Below, one piece after another: positions 11,060 through 22,320 of a DNA stretch of 35,173 nucleotides. The position numbers and the translations under genes were made by a program. Position 1 is the stretch's first letter. The number at the start of each line of letters is the position of its first letter. The notes beneath the pieces were generated by a model, which ran no database searches, had not been told where the DNA came from, and saw nothing but the letters and a program-made list of their open reading frames with translations. This stretch comes from Diploschistes diacapsis. Its lineage: Eukaryota. The stretch covers positions 1 to 35,173 of the forward strand of contig JALAIB010000076.1 of assembly GCA_023645945.1 (NCBI GenBank), given 5' to 3'.

Positions 11060-11350
11060 TTATACGATGTCGTCTTTGCTTCGTACTAATGGACTGTGAT
11101 ATTCAAAAGCAGGAGAGCATGTGTTTATAGTATGGTACTTTTGATCAACTCAACACGGTGGCCAGCACTATTCGTGAATAAATACTTAGCGGTAAGCAGA
11201 TTCTTACCTAGTAAAGATTAAGTTCGGTCATGCTTCTGACATATCCCGCATTATCATAAATCTGTCGTAGAGAGTCATGACCCTCGAACTCGTAACATCC
11301 CCACATACCTATCTAGGAACGACTACTCCCTCGGGGTGTTGGAGCATCTA

Positions 11351-13585
11351 TCATGTAGTTCCGTTCGCAGTAGTGGGAACCTCGCCTTCCTCCTTGCCGG
11401 CCTCCGGATTCAACGGTTTCTCGGCATCGTACCCGACGCCCTTGACGATGCCCAGCCCTTTCGTCCGTCCTTCGCGGAACAGAATTCGGTCGCCAATCGA
11501 GAGATATTCCGGTCGTTGTACGAAGCGGAAGGCCACGACTGCGCGGTCGCCGGTGCGTATGTACGCCCTATCGATATCGATGATGGCGCACGTTTGCGAG
11601 ACGGGGCCCACGTGCAACATGGCTTGGTACTTGATCTTGATGGTCGTGGCATGACTCAGAATTAACACTAGCTATTCGTCAGCCCAACCCATCACTCATG
11701 GTAAGACCTCCATAGGTGCATTGGCGCAAGCGTACCTTCGGCGGTAAATTCCCGGTATACCTTGGGCGGGGTGTCAAGCTTTGGCAAAACGACCATGCCT
11801 TTGCGAACCTCTTTCCGTCGTAAGCGTTTCAAGGCGAACGATGCGGATTGGCCGGCCGAGCACACTGGTACAGGTATCCGTTTTCGTTCGATAGATCGGA
11901 TGTGAGTGGTCATGAACCCGCCGAGAGAGTCGGGACCGACAAGTACTTGATCTCCAGCGTGTATAACACCTGTCACGGGACACCCATCAACACCTCTGTC
12001 AATTTGGACGACTAGGGACGAAACGTACCGCTCTTGACAACCCCAGAGACAACAGTCCCGACAAATGGGACAGAGAATGTATCGTTAACGTGGAATTCGA
12101 AAGTAGCTTCGGCATCGTAGTGCCCATGGTGCGGCAGTATGTTGAGGAAAGTTCGCACTAGATCAAGACTCTCGCCAGTGACATTCGAGACCTGAAAGAC
12201 GGGGCATATTCGCTGATTGACGAATTGCGTGGCGGTATTGATGGTGTCTTCACGGTTTTTGATGAAAATTGGAATCTTGCGAGCGCCCGGCGATTTCAAT
12301 ATCTTGGTCAGCTGCGTTATCGTGTTTTGCAATATCTGAGGAGGGCAGATGTCAATCTTGGTAATAACGACCATTACTGGGACGTTCAGAGCTAGTGCAA
12401 TACCCAAGTGCTCTCTGTTGTTATGCAGTCAGTGCTCCGGATGGCGTCGATCCCATGCGTCACTTACTTGCTCATCCCTATTAAGCCGTTGTTAGCTGCT
12501 ACCATTAGGAGACAGTAGTTTGGGCTGCTGCTTAGAAGTCCGAAGACGGTCGTCCTTAGATACCGTTCGTGGCCTGCTAGATCTGTGAAGCTGATGGTTT
12601 TGGCCTATCTCAAGCATCAGTGGATGGTTATGGAATTGATGATTTCGCTTACGGCTTGTTTCCCAATCTCCTCCCATGACAGCTTTCGGCCGGGGACAGT
12701 AGAGGCAACTACTTCGCCTTGAGTATCGAAGCCCATGATCTCCATCCCCACTGAGCTAGTCCTGCCACTTTCAATTTCGTGCTTGTGTCTGAACAAGTTC
12801 ACCCGCGCTTTGCCTCTCCCATCATCGAGATTACCCTTGACAAGGACTCCCAACATGGTGCTCTTTCCCGCATCCACTTACAGAAGTTAGAGCTACCGGT
12901 AGCAGCTGCGGTCCTGTTAGCTTACCATTGCCCACGACAGCTATTCTTGTTTCAATAATATCTTCTGGAGTTTCGGGTTTTTGCCGTATCATGACCTTTC
13001 CACTCGCAGATTTGTTTTTCTCATTCACCGGACTGGCATCCTCTTCTCCGCCGACGTTTCTGGTCATCAATATTCTGCAGTCGGCCTGCAGCAAGCTGGC
13101 TGCCCGTCGTAACCGGTCGAGTGCCACACCCCAATGCTCTTTGGAAAAGCCCATGGATTCACCATTGTCTTCCTGGCCTAGATCAAATAACGTTTCTCCA
13201 TGACCCTCTAATATTCGGCTCTGGAGGACGTTGCTCAGCTGGTGTAATGTATCTTCTGCAGATGGACTCGTGTCAAGGAGAAGGTCCTTCAACTTGTGCG
13301 CGGATGTGTCCGAGAGATCAAGGGTGTCAAGAATGTCCAATTCCGCGTGGTCCTCGGTCTTGATGCTGAGCGTTGAGTAACCGCTATCGCTTGGGGTCAC
13401 TGACTCCGCACGCGCGTGGTGCCCGCGCCGTGCAGCTTGTTGCCTCTCAACGTAGTCCGAGAATTCGCTTAGAGCCTGGGTGATTTTAAGTCAGCAAAGG
13501 CAGTGTACAAGCTTGAATGGATGTTGCCCACATATTCGCCTTTTCGCCGGTCTTCTAACGACTGTTTCGGAGCCCGCGCGGCCAT
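11351..13585 (-). CDS. GTPBP1: GTP-binding protein 1/2 family translational GTPase (EF1A-like), about 7 exons
   Basis: Spliced motifs [77 protein letters not shown] and [12 protein letters not shown]. Exon 1 is 13585-13532 and exon 2 is 13475-12926. Confidence 0.93.
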
Positions 13586-14089
13586 ATTGCCAATCTGCCA
13601 GAATACTAGCACTATAATGCATGTAGATTCATGAGCATCGTAATATGTATCATAGTATGTTCAAGACTAAATAAGCAATGCTCAATACATATCTAGGTGC
13701 GCTGGAAAGTTTGGTAATGCTTGTTCTTATTTACAATTGGAGAGTAATGTTCATGCCAATCAGTCTTATAGATAGTGGATTATAGATGACGCACAGGTAA
13801 CCGTTGTGAGTCACTAGTCCCCCCGGTCAATGCCCGTTTAAAGCCGTCCCCAAAGAGCCTCCTGTAATTCCTTTGGCTTGAGTTGAGCTGTAAGAGACTC
13901 ATTCCCTCCTGTCACATCACTCAGGCGAAGCTGCGCCCTTGTGTCTCCATGACACATCCGTCCATTCGCCTATGGCTGAGTAGCTTTCCTTGTTCTCCCT
14001 GGGATAACCTTGGGAAGATCCTCATCTCAACGGTATATAGGAAGCAGGCTTAAGTCAGCCTCAGCCCGTGATCACTGGTGGGCTCTTCT

Positions 14090-14580
14090 CTAGGCTTGCG
14101 GTGATATCAGAACTACAGAGTCGCCTGCGCTTGCGGTCAGAGAATACAAGGCTTATGGCTTTCATTTGGGTGAGATGGCCTGCCTCGAACAAATAGCATC
14201 TCCGATTGCTTTTTGAGAGTCTGCACTGGTATTAGTGGTTTCAGAAACATGAAGAAAAGCCAACATACCTTCACAGTCTCATCTCCATTGTCATCCTCCT
14301 CGACTTCGTAAATCGTTTCTTCCACGTCACCCAATACTAGATTGCAGTGACTATCATAGGCCTATCAATGCACATTCAGTCAAGACAAGCAGCTGTAGAA
14401 TCGCCTTTACAGCAAGCCAATGCCGGCGAGACATGTATTAACTGTAAAACTTACATGCAATCGTCCTTTGAGCTCTCGGTCTCCACGAAGCTTCACAAAC
14501 ACAATCTCGTCCAGTGACAGCCGCACTAGATCGAGGGGCTCAGAAACTGCAGTGGTGTCTGTTTCTGCAGCTTCAGCCAT
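14090..14580 (-). CDS. LSM3: U6 snRNA-associated Sm-like protein LSm3, exons 14580-14455, 14361-14269, 14220-14184, 14124-14090
   Basis: Spliced 96 aa: [96 protein letters not shown]. Confidence 0.96.
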
Positions 14581-14752
14581 TTTTGTAGCCTCGCCGTTGC
14601 GCCCCTTAGAATGTTAGCAGAGAAGGTGACTGTGGAAGCTAGAGAAGGTTCATCCGCTTTACTACCTCAGGGAGGATTTGCTCAATCGAGCTAGATCTTG
14701 AAGAGTGCGGTTGAAAAGCTTGGCAGGCAGGCAGTTGGAGCAAAAAGTTTTT

Positions 14753-16939
14753 ATGCAGGGTCACGCTTCGGAGGATCCTTCACGTTACGCGCAACTTTCC
14801 TTCGGCCTACGAAAGCGATGCTACGAGCTCCAACGACAATTGATGCTCCTCAACCACGTTAGATATAGAGGCAACAGCTATCTATTCAAGCGATCGCGGG
14901 GCCTACTGCAGGATGCTTGTAAGGCGAGACGTCTAGCAATCACTCGCACGAACGGGTTATCAAGCTCTCTTTCAAGCTATAGCGACCACCCACTTCGGTC
15001 GGAGGATCAAGTCTTGCCATGGAAAGTCGATGAATTATCAACGGTGGCGCCGACCTATCCTCTTTGGGATGAAGTAGGACCTGTGGCAGGGGAAAACAAA
15101 TCTCCTGCCGACCCATTGCAAAAGTCTTATACACGAGACCAGCTACAGGAAAATTTACAACGTGCTCTGCGAGATGAAGATTCTCACGCTCTGCTCGACG
15201 CCTTCCTCCGTCTGTCGCGAGACTCCGAGTACCTGGAAGCTGTACCTGCAACACTTCTGGCGGAGATTATACGTAACCTAAGGCCTCGCTATTTTGTTGA
15301 AGTTGCAAAGCTGGTCTATCGAGGGTCTCATCCAACAAGAATCAACAACCTGGGTGACGGAACGGCGCAATTGAAAGACGTCTTCTTCGATTATACGGAA
15401 GCCCTCAACAATTTAACAGCGCGGTTAAGGCAGGTTGGGAAATCAATTGGCATTCGAGAGTACACTGCGTTACTCAACGCCGCCAAGGCAACTGGCAATG
15501 CGGAATCGGCAATCGATATACTGGACTCGATGCATCAAGCGGGTATTGAGCCGGACACAAGGTGCTATAACTACTTTTTTGAAGCACTTGCATGGAGTGG
15601 GGCATACGAACCTATCAATAACTACAAGCTGCGAGTCACTCCTCGAAACCTGGCGCTTAAGCGGCAAGCAGAACAATTTGTACCTATGGGGGGACGCTTA
15701 AAGTGTTCTACGAAAAGTCCCGGTACTCTGAAGAAAATTCTCTTATCTACTTACGAAGAGATGGTGAAGAAAGGCATCAGTGCGAATACTTCTACTTATT
15801 GTTCATTCTTGCAGGTAATGGGCCGCGACGGGGACCTTGCTTCTGTGAAGGCTGTACTCATGAGGGTTTGGGACGTCGACGTCGATGCCATCATGAACGA
15901 TCAAGAAGGATCGCTGATCTTCGAGAGCAAGATGGAACCGGATTCACCCCTTTACCCAAGTCAGCATCTCCTTTCTACAGTCGCCCATATCTTTGGCACC
16001 AACAACCAAATGTCTGCCGCACTGCGAGTGGTTGATTTTATAGCTCGTAAGTATGAATTACAGATTGGCCTACGGACTTGGTTTCAGCTTGCGGAGTGGA
16101 CCTTTGTCCTTTCTAACCGGCGCTTCGGCACACAACCCTCACAACTCAAACGCCGTCGGAACGATTCCATTGGGCAGCTCCCAACCGATAGTTTCGAAAC
16201 TCTCTGGCAGACGATGACATCCGAGCCCTATAACGTCAAACCAACGGAGGAAATGTATAACTTTCGAGTCAAGAGCTTCTGGAGGAACAATAAGCGAGAG
16301 TCTATGGCTGATACCATGGACCAATTTCGGTCTCTTTTTCGAGCTGGCAAATTGACACGACTTCCAATAGAAGACGACCTGGACTCCGAATTTTTTATGA
16401 GCGCTCCCGAAGAGCAGAAACTGAAGAGATTGTCTGTGATTCTTACTGATCAAACGTTGCGCCGGTGGACCAGGTTGATGCTTACTCGATTCCGGCCCCA
16501 TAAGTATTGGCGGGAAGAGCAATTCTGTGACCTACCGACCTTCATATCAAGATGGTTCGAGTATATTGATGATATCGGAGCCGCTTATAACCTTAAACTT
16601 GGTCACCTTCAAGGTCGGCTCCAATTCCATCCCACTCAAACATCATCCACAATGAACATGGAGATTTTTAGGTCGCCCACAAACGAGGTGACAGCAAAGC
16701 CGGCGAAAAGCTATGCGGGAGAACGGCCAAATCTCGGATTGACGCGTTACCGGAGGCTTTTGCGGCGTAATGAGTATCGCACGCAACGAAGGACATTCGA
16801 TGTCTACGAAGATGCGGATCAGGAAGAGAATTTTGAAGCCCGTAGTCAGGCCAGCAACATAGTACCGCCCTGGTATGAGCGGGACAATGTCAGGGACTTT
16901 GAAAAGTCGACGCTTTTGACGAAGTATGCCGAAGACTAG
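14753..16939 (+). CDS. Mitochondrial pentatricopeptide-repeat protein, ATPase expression protein 2 (Aep2/Atp13)-like; start ATG at 14753 or 14843
   Basis: Long ORF with an Arg-rich presequence-like N-terminus, PPR-like helices (EYTALLNAAKATGNAESAIDILDSMHQAGIEPDTRCYNYF; TYCSFLQVMGRDGDL), and SPLYPSQHLLSTVAHIFGTNN...ALRVVDFIARKY...W, which I associate with the ATP13 domain. Confidence 0.8.
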   Translation: MQGHASEDPSRYAQLSFGLRKRCYELQRQLMLLNHVRYRGNSYLFKRSRGLLQDACKARRLAITRTNGLSSSLSSYSDHPLRSEDQVLPWKVDELSTVAPTYPLWDEVGPVAGENKSPADPLQKSYTRDQLQENLQRALRDEDSHALLDAFLRLSRDSEYLEAVPATLLAEIIRNLRPRYFVEVAKLVYRGSHPTRINNLGDGTAQLKDVFFDYTEALNNLTARLRQVGKSIGIREYTALLNAAKATGNAESAIDILDSMHQAGIEPDTRCYNYFFEALAWSGAYEPINNYKLRVTPRNLALKRQAEQFVPMGGRLKCSTKSPGTLKKILLSTYEEMVKKGISANTSTYCSFLQVMGRDGDLASVKAVLMRVWDVDVDAIMNDQEGSLIFESKMEPDSPLYPSQHLLSTVAHIFGTNNQMSAALRVVDFIARKYELQIGLRTWFQLAEWTFVLSNRRFGTQPSQLKRRRNDSIGQLPTDSFETLWQTMTSEPYNVKPTEEMYNFRVKSFWRNNKRESMADTMDQFRSLFRAGKLTRLPIEDDLDSEFFMSAPEEQKLKRLSVILTDQTLRRWTRLMLTRFRPHKYWREEQFCDLPTFISRWFEYIDDIGAAYNLKLGHLQGRLQFHPTQTSSTMNMEIFRSPTNEVTAKPAKSYAGERPNLGLTRYRRLLRRNEYRTQRRTFDVYEDADQEENFEARSQASNIVPPWYERDNVRDFEKSTLLTKYAED

Positions 16940-17041
16940 TGGCGCTGACCCCGGTAAATTTCATGAGATATATACGGGCCCTACGTGTTCAGTGTTAGAT
17001 TCTGTGCACATATTCAACGGTCGCTCTACCAAATAAAAGCT

Positions 17042-18066
17042 TCATCTAAAAACCAGCCTCTCCTTCTCCAAATCATTAACAACCATATACCTGCTCAAAC
17101 ATATCCACCCCCACCGAAACCACCTCATCTGACTCACGTGCGCCCTCGTCATCGCCCTCTGCGCCCTCCTGTACAAAGTAAAATCGCTAAGAAACATAAG
17201 CCGTCCCGGCATCTCCCTCTGCCCCTTCTTCCCCGCCGCCGCCGCCGCCGTCCGCATGCTATCCAGCACGCACAGAACCATGGTCAGCGGCGCGTCCAGC
17301 AGCGCCATATACTTCCGCACAACATTCGTAGACGCAAGCCTGTACAGCGCAACGGGACACTCCCACCCGGCCTTCCCGCGCATCAGAAGCCGCAGCCACG
17401 CGACGGCGCCGTGGTACAGCGAGCCGTGGTTCGGGTGCCCGGACACCCCGTCGCGGTCGAAAGTAATCAGCACGTCGATGCCGGCGGCGGGCGCCTCCCC
17501 GCGAGTACGCGCGGAATCCGCCGTGTCCGCTTGCTTCCGCCGGGAGCCGGAGCCGGAGCCGGCGGGGGTGGGGGCTTTGGCGAAGAAGGAGGCGAGCACG
17601 GAGGCGATCGCCGCCGGGTCCCAGGCCCGGGTCATGCTGTCGGGAAAGAGGTCCGGATTGTCGTAGACCAGCACGTCCGCGTCGGAGCGCAGGCCGAGGA
17701 TGGCCGCGGAGGAGAGGATCTCGGTTTTGCGCGTGGCGCCGAGGGAGTCTGCGTTGCCTGATTTTGGCCGTGTTAGGATAGGCGGTTGGAGTAGGAGTGG
17801 TTGGAATAGGAGGGCCAGGGATGAGAGGCAGGGTTGGATGTTCTACCGCTTGAGAGACACAGGATTTTCAGATGGTTTCCGAGGTCGGGCCGCGTAAGAC
17901 CCAGCACCGTGGGGGCGAAGAACATGGCCTCATCGTCGGGGTGGGCAATGAGGAGGACGATGGCTTTGTTGCGGAGGGTGGGGATGCGGGTCTGGATGGT
18001 GTAGGCGGTGTAGAGCCAGGCGGTGAAGAAAATTATTGGGATTGCAAGGCACACATGTAGTTCCAT
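17042..18066 (-). CDS. GPI12: N-acetylglucosaminyl-phosphatidylinositol de-N-acetylase (PIG-L), exons 18066-17847 and 17757-17042
   Basis: N-terminal TM anchor, [64 protein letters not shown]...SRYMVVNDL. Confidence 0.95.
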
Positions 18067-18261
18067 TCTCACAAATGACCTTTCACTGAACCCCCCTATC
18101 CTTCAAGAAAAAGTGAAGTGTGTGTGAGACGGGAGAATTGAGTTTTGTCCTCACAATACCACGGAAACCCGCTTATGTCAGCGTTATCGTCCGATATTCC
18201 GATATTCATGCAAGAATTCCTCTAATCACATCATGCGAATGATTCTTGTTTTCCCCTTCAG

Positions 18262-18948
18262 ATGAGCAATAGAAAAGCCCGTCGTGCTGCTGCCAGTGGC
18301 AAGGTCGCCTCTGCGGAAGACATTCCCCTTAAGCAGCCCGTCCGAGAGAAGGAAGTGAGCCACAAGACTCTCTACGATCTAGCAACCGAGCGAGAAGCCG
18401 AACTATTTCCGGATGGCCCTCCAGCGCCGAGCCAATCAAGAAACGTCAAACCGCCGGAGATGGTGACCACGAAGGTCAATTCAGACGGCACAATATCCCA
18501 CATCAAAGACCCAGGATTTGAACACGGAGACGACCCTATCGGCCCCTTCGGCTATGCATTCATCTACGCCATAACATTCACCATGCTGCACTTCACGCTT
18601 GATGTCCTCGTGCACAACCAGTACCGCATGTCTATCGACTGGGATATGATCACATGGAAGACTGCAACCGCCTTCCCCGTGCTCCTGTTTCTAGTGTACA
18701 TCCTTCATCCGCAAGCATCAGCAGTTTGGGCTCAAGCCCTCTTCTTCGTAGGCGGTGTCGTTGCTGGCTGCTACCTGGTCAAGTCGAGCAATGTTGATCC
18801 GTACTTCGCCGTTATGAAACGAGCACCAGCTCTCGGGACGCTGTGGGTCTGGTGCGTGCTTGAGCAGCGGCTAGCCGTTGCACTTGCTGGATTGGGGGTT
18901 GTTGGAGCGTACTTTTGGTGGGGAGATTATGCGATCTTTGCTTTGTGA
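18262..18948 (+). CDS. Uncharacterised fungal multi-pass membrane protein (228 aa)
   Basis: Clean ORF with a hydrophilic N-terminus, then about four hydrophobic segments (MLHFTLDVLVHNQY, YFAVMKRAPALGTLWVW). Confidence 0.8.
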   Translation: MSNRKARRAAASGKVASAEDIPLKQPVREKEVSHKTLYDLATEREAELFPDGPPAPSQSRNVKPPEMVTTKVNSDGTISHIKDPGFEHGDDPIGPFGYAFIYAITFTMLHFTLDVLVHNQYRMSIDWDMITWKTATAFPVLLFLVYILHPQASAVWAQALFFVGGVVAGCYLVKSSNVDPYFAVMKRAPALGTLWVWCVLEQRLAVALAGLGVVGAYFWWGDYAIFAL

Positions 18949-19219
18949 ACACCAAGAGCTACCTGGGCTTAAACCTGTTGTTGTTGGCTTCCCAGTAAAT
19001 GCTGCGGGATCGATACCATTCGTGCCACACACAGTATCTTCTATGCTGTTCGCCGTGATTAAAACCAATGGAACACTCCTTCGAAGAAGAGGCTCAAACC
19101 CGTCCACTCTGGATGGGCTGTTGAAGCACTTTTCAGATGAAAATGATCACAACTGTTTAACTTGAAAAAAGCGTTGAGCACCTGTGTGATGAATGAGGTT
19201 AATACTGTTTACTCTAGAT

Positions 19220-20780
19220 CGATTATTCGGAGTATTTCTTGGACGAATATGGCCTCTGATAGCTCATGTCCTCTCCCGTCAACTCCTCAAGTCTTTCTAC
19301 ATTGTATAACCATTTAAGTGCATCGGCCCATATGATGTTTTCCTTGAGCAGGTCTTCGTCCTCCAATAGAGCCCTCGCGAACTGCTTGTTAGTTTCGTGG
19401 GGATCCAGCGCGTCCAGCGCGTCATGTTCTTCATTCGCCTATGATTGTTAAGTGGGTTTGGTGAACATCATCCACAGGACTTACTTTTCCCCAATGTTGC
19501 AGGATCGGGAGGAAATTCACAGGGCAAGACGCTTTTTGCAGAACTTCTGGGGCAAGAGATGCAGCAAAGCGAGCCAACTCCGCTGTATTCATTCACGTAT
19601 CTGGGCGGTGTACTTCCATCCAGCTTAGATTGGTGCGCTGTTGGTAGTCGCATGGAGTTTCATTATCTAGCGGGTCGGGAAATAATCTTGTTTTACTTTC
19701 CAAAAGATCAGGGTCGGTCCTCTTCGAGAGCCTCTGTTCGACAGCTGTACCTTTTTGAAGCACCGAGCTAGTCATAGTCGTTACCGGCTTTTGGTTCTTA
19801 TAGTAGGAGAGGGATAAATTGGCCATGTTAGTCGTGTGTTCCTACATGAGGAAAAAAGACGCACATACAGGTAGGTTGATTCTCGCGGAAGAACTAGCTT
19901 CGGTAGGTATTTTCGGTGATAGGAGAGACAACAATCCACATTGAAAGGTACGTGCTTCCAGACCCAAAATGAGTCATTCAAGAATGATTCAGAGAAAGTG
20001 GTGGAGCGAGTTCCTTATGGCTGGCACTAACATGCCCGTAGCTCCTGTTTGGACTTAAGATTATTCTTAGAATTCCGGGTTATAGCGGCCATGATTCGTT
20101 TATAGGACATTCAATATGTTGGTGCTTTCCATTATAATTCACTAATTGGCAAATTCGGTCTTGAGCACTTCGTGTTCACGCGGGCGAATCTTGAGTCCGG
20201 TTCAATTCAATGACTTCCAGATGTTGCAATCCTTGAATATACCTATTCAACGCCTCTAGTACCACTTTGGAGCAAACATTGATGATATTTAAAGGGCCTC
20301 TTCCGAAATCTTAACTATTTCCACCTTGAGTAGGAACATAACCCAAATTTAGTGCACAGAGTGTTGGAGAATTTATGGATCACAGGATAGGCGAACTTCC
20401 GTGCATACCTACTTCAAGCCCTTTCTTCCAAGATGGTTTCGCCTTTAAGCCATTCAGCATTAGGAATCAACTCTTTTGGCTTTTAGGAAACTACAGGTCA
20501 TAAATTCTACCAGGATCTGTTATACTAGGAACAGGTATGTCTCCTTCTTATGGTCTTATAACGGCAAATAGTACAAGAGTTGAATTAACGAACAAGTGCT
20601 TACTATAAGACACACGCTCCGTTGCCAGCTCACCAGGCCTAAACGTGAGAAAGGTTCTTCCGCCATATATACCACCAGCTGCTCATTTCTCATGCTGACG
20701 AGAGTTTTGCGCCAGACCTTATCACGAACAAAATAGGCTCTGTCCCGGCTGCCGCTCCACAGTAAAGACATCATGTCTCA
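19220..20780 (-). pseudogene. Decayed minus-strand coding region of unknown family
   Basis: Protein-like fragments, e.g. ANEEHDALDALDPHETNKQFARALLEDEDLLKENIIWADALKWLYNVERLEELTGEDMSYQ (~19440-19255), plus interrupted frames upstream. Confidence 0.45.
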
Positions 20781-22060
20781 GGTCATATCTATATCAGCGA
20801 ACTGAGAAATCTCAAAGATACGTTAAAAGGCTATGTGAAGTAGCCAGCAGCCCAATGGGTTGCAAAGAAAATCATCAATGAACTAACTATATGAAGTTCG
20901 GATACTGGTGGATGAAGCAAACAAACCACTATAGCAGATCACCGAAGGCCGATCTAGGAAGATCCTCAAATGATGGATTTCTTATAGATCCAGTGGTTAC
21001 TTAACGGGCTCAGGCGCCTTCCTTTGAGCCGTAGTTCAGAAGACATTAAGACGATCTACTAATATGCGCTGATCGTTTATTGCTCTAGCCGAGGGATAGT
21101 ACCTTGACTGAAATTGAACGGGTGCCAGGTTTTGGAGAGTTGTGGAGTTCACATTATTCAGGACACTCAACGATAGTATAGAGATATGGTCATGTAACAC
21201 GGGCAAGAGAAACCGCGCCTCAGTGGTTGTCCTCCTCGTCCTCTCATACGCTGAAAGAGGATGTCCTACATAACATACTAATGCGACCTACCTGTCAGGA
21301 CGCCAACTACGGGCCTTAATGTAGAACACTCTCAGGCGTGCTTCGAATAGTATAGTTTCGATATCTAGATTCTGGACAGGACGGCTTCGGACTTCACTAG
21401 GTCTTCGGCCTCTATCGATTTTGCAAGATGCATGCCTAATTAACTTTCGAAGATTACAATAGAGATAACAACTCCACCTCTTCGAGCCGTCATTCGAACT
21501 CTATTCTTTCGCATAATTTGGGAACTTTCTTCCATCACCATTTTCTGCAAGTAGCAGTCGTTTGGGTTTCTAGGTTGAAAGATACCGCATCAGTGCTGGC
21601 AGAAAATCTTGAGACTATCACAGGATCTTTTGAACAATTTGCGGCGTTTGAATTGGTACAGAACCGTCGAAACTTGATAAATGAACACAAGAGCCCTGCC
21701 CAAACACCACCATGTCTTATCCATCTACACAGTCTCTCGATCAGGACGAAGTTCAAACTCCCCGTTTCTTTGCTCTAAGCTCGATACACATGTCTTTTCA
21801 GGTATGGAAGTTAGATTGTCAGGCTGTTCAGAAAGAGAAACGTCAACTCAAGCCTCGTATAATAAGCAGATATCCAGTTTCCATATCTCTCTATAGATAC
21901 CTGTCAACGGTTTCTATACGACTAAAAGACAAAGAGGAAGGAAGATCCGCGCGAAGCTCTGATTACATGCTAAACCCTTTTGATGGATTGGTGAAGAAAC
22001 CGAGAATGGCATGTCTCTGGACATAAAGTGCAGGTTAATCTGCTGCCATTTGGAGCGTAC

Positions 22061-22320
22061 CGCTTCCGCAGGGGTCTGTTCAATCGAAGCTATATATACA
22101 GGAACTGATTCATCACTGACTCAGTCATCCGCCTCGGTAGGGAGTTTTAGTCCTGAAGTTTATCGATATAGGACTTGAATCGGCACTATCCACAGCTTTC
22201 GCAGGAGTGTGCACATAAAAGCCATATATATACAGGACTTATGCCAGCACTGTGTGACTCAATCGCTACCGCAGGAAGCTGTTTACCAAAGGTCATCGAT
22301 ATAAGGATCAGAATAACACT
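22061..22320 (-). repeat. Four degenerate tandem units of 64-70 bp, probably a decayed ~23-aa protein repeat
   Basis: Units start at 22061, 22130, 22194 and 22264 and share CGCTnCCGCAGG...ATnnATAT(A/AC)AGGA...CACT. Minus-strand translations include SDESVPVYIASIEQTPAEAV and SVILILISMTFGKQLPAVAI. Confidence 0.7.

Noticed and set aside
16985..17761. 258-aa plus-strand ORF
   Set aside because: Antisense to the very GC-rich GPI12 exon 2.
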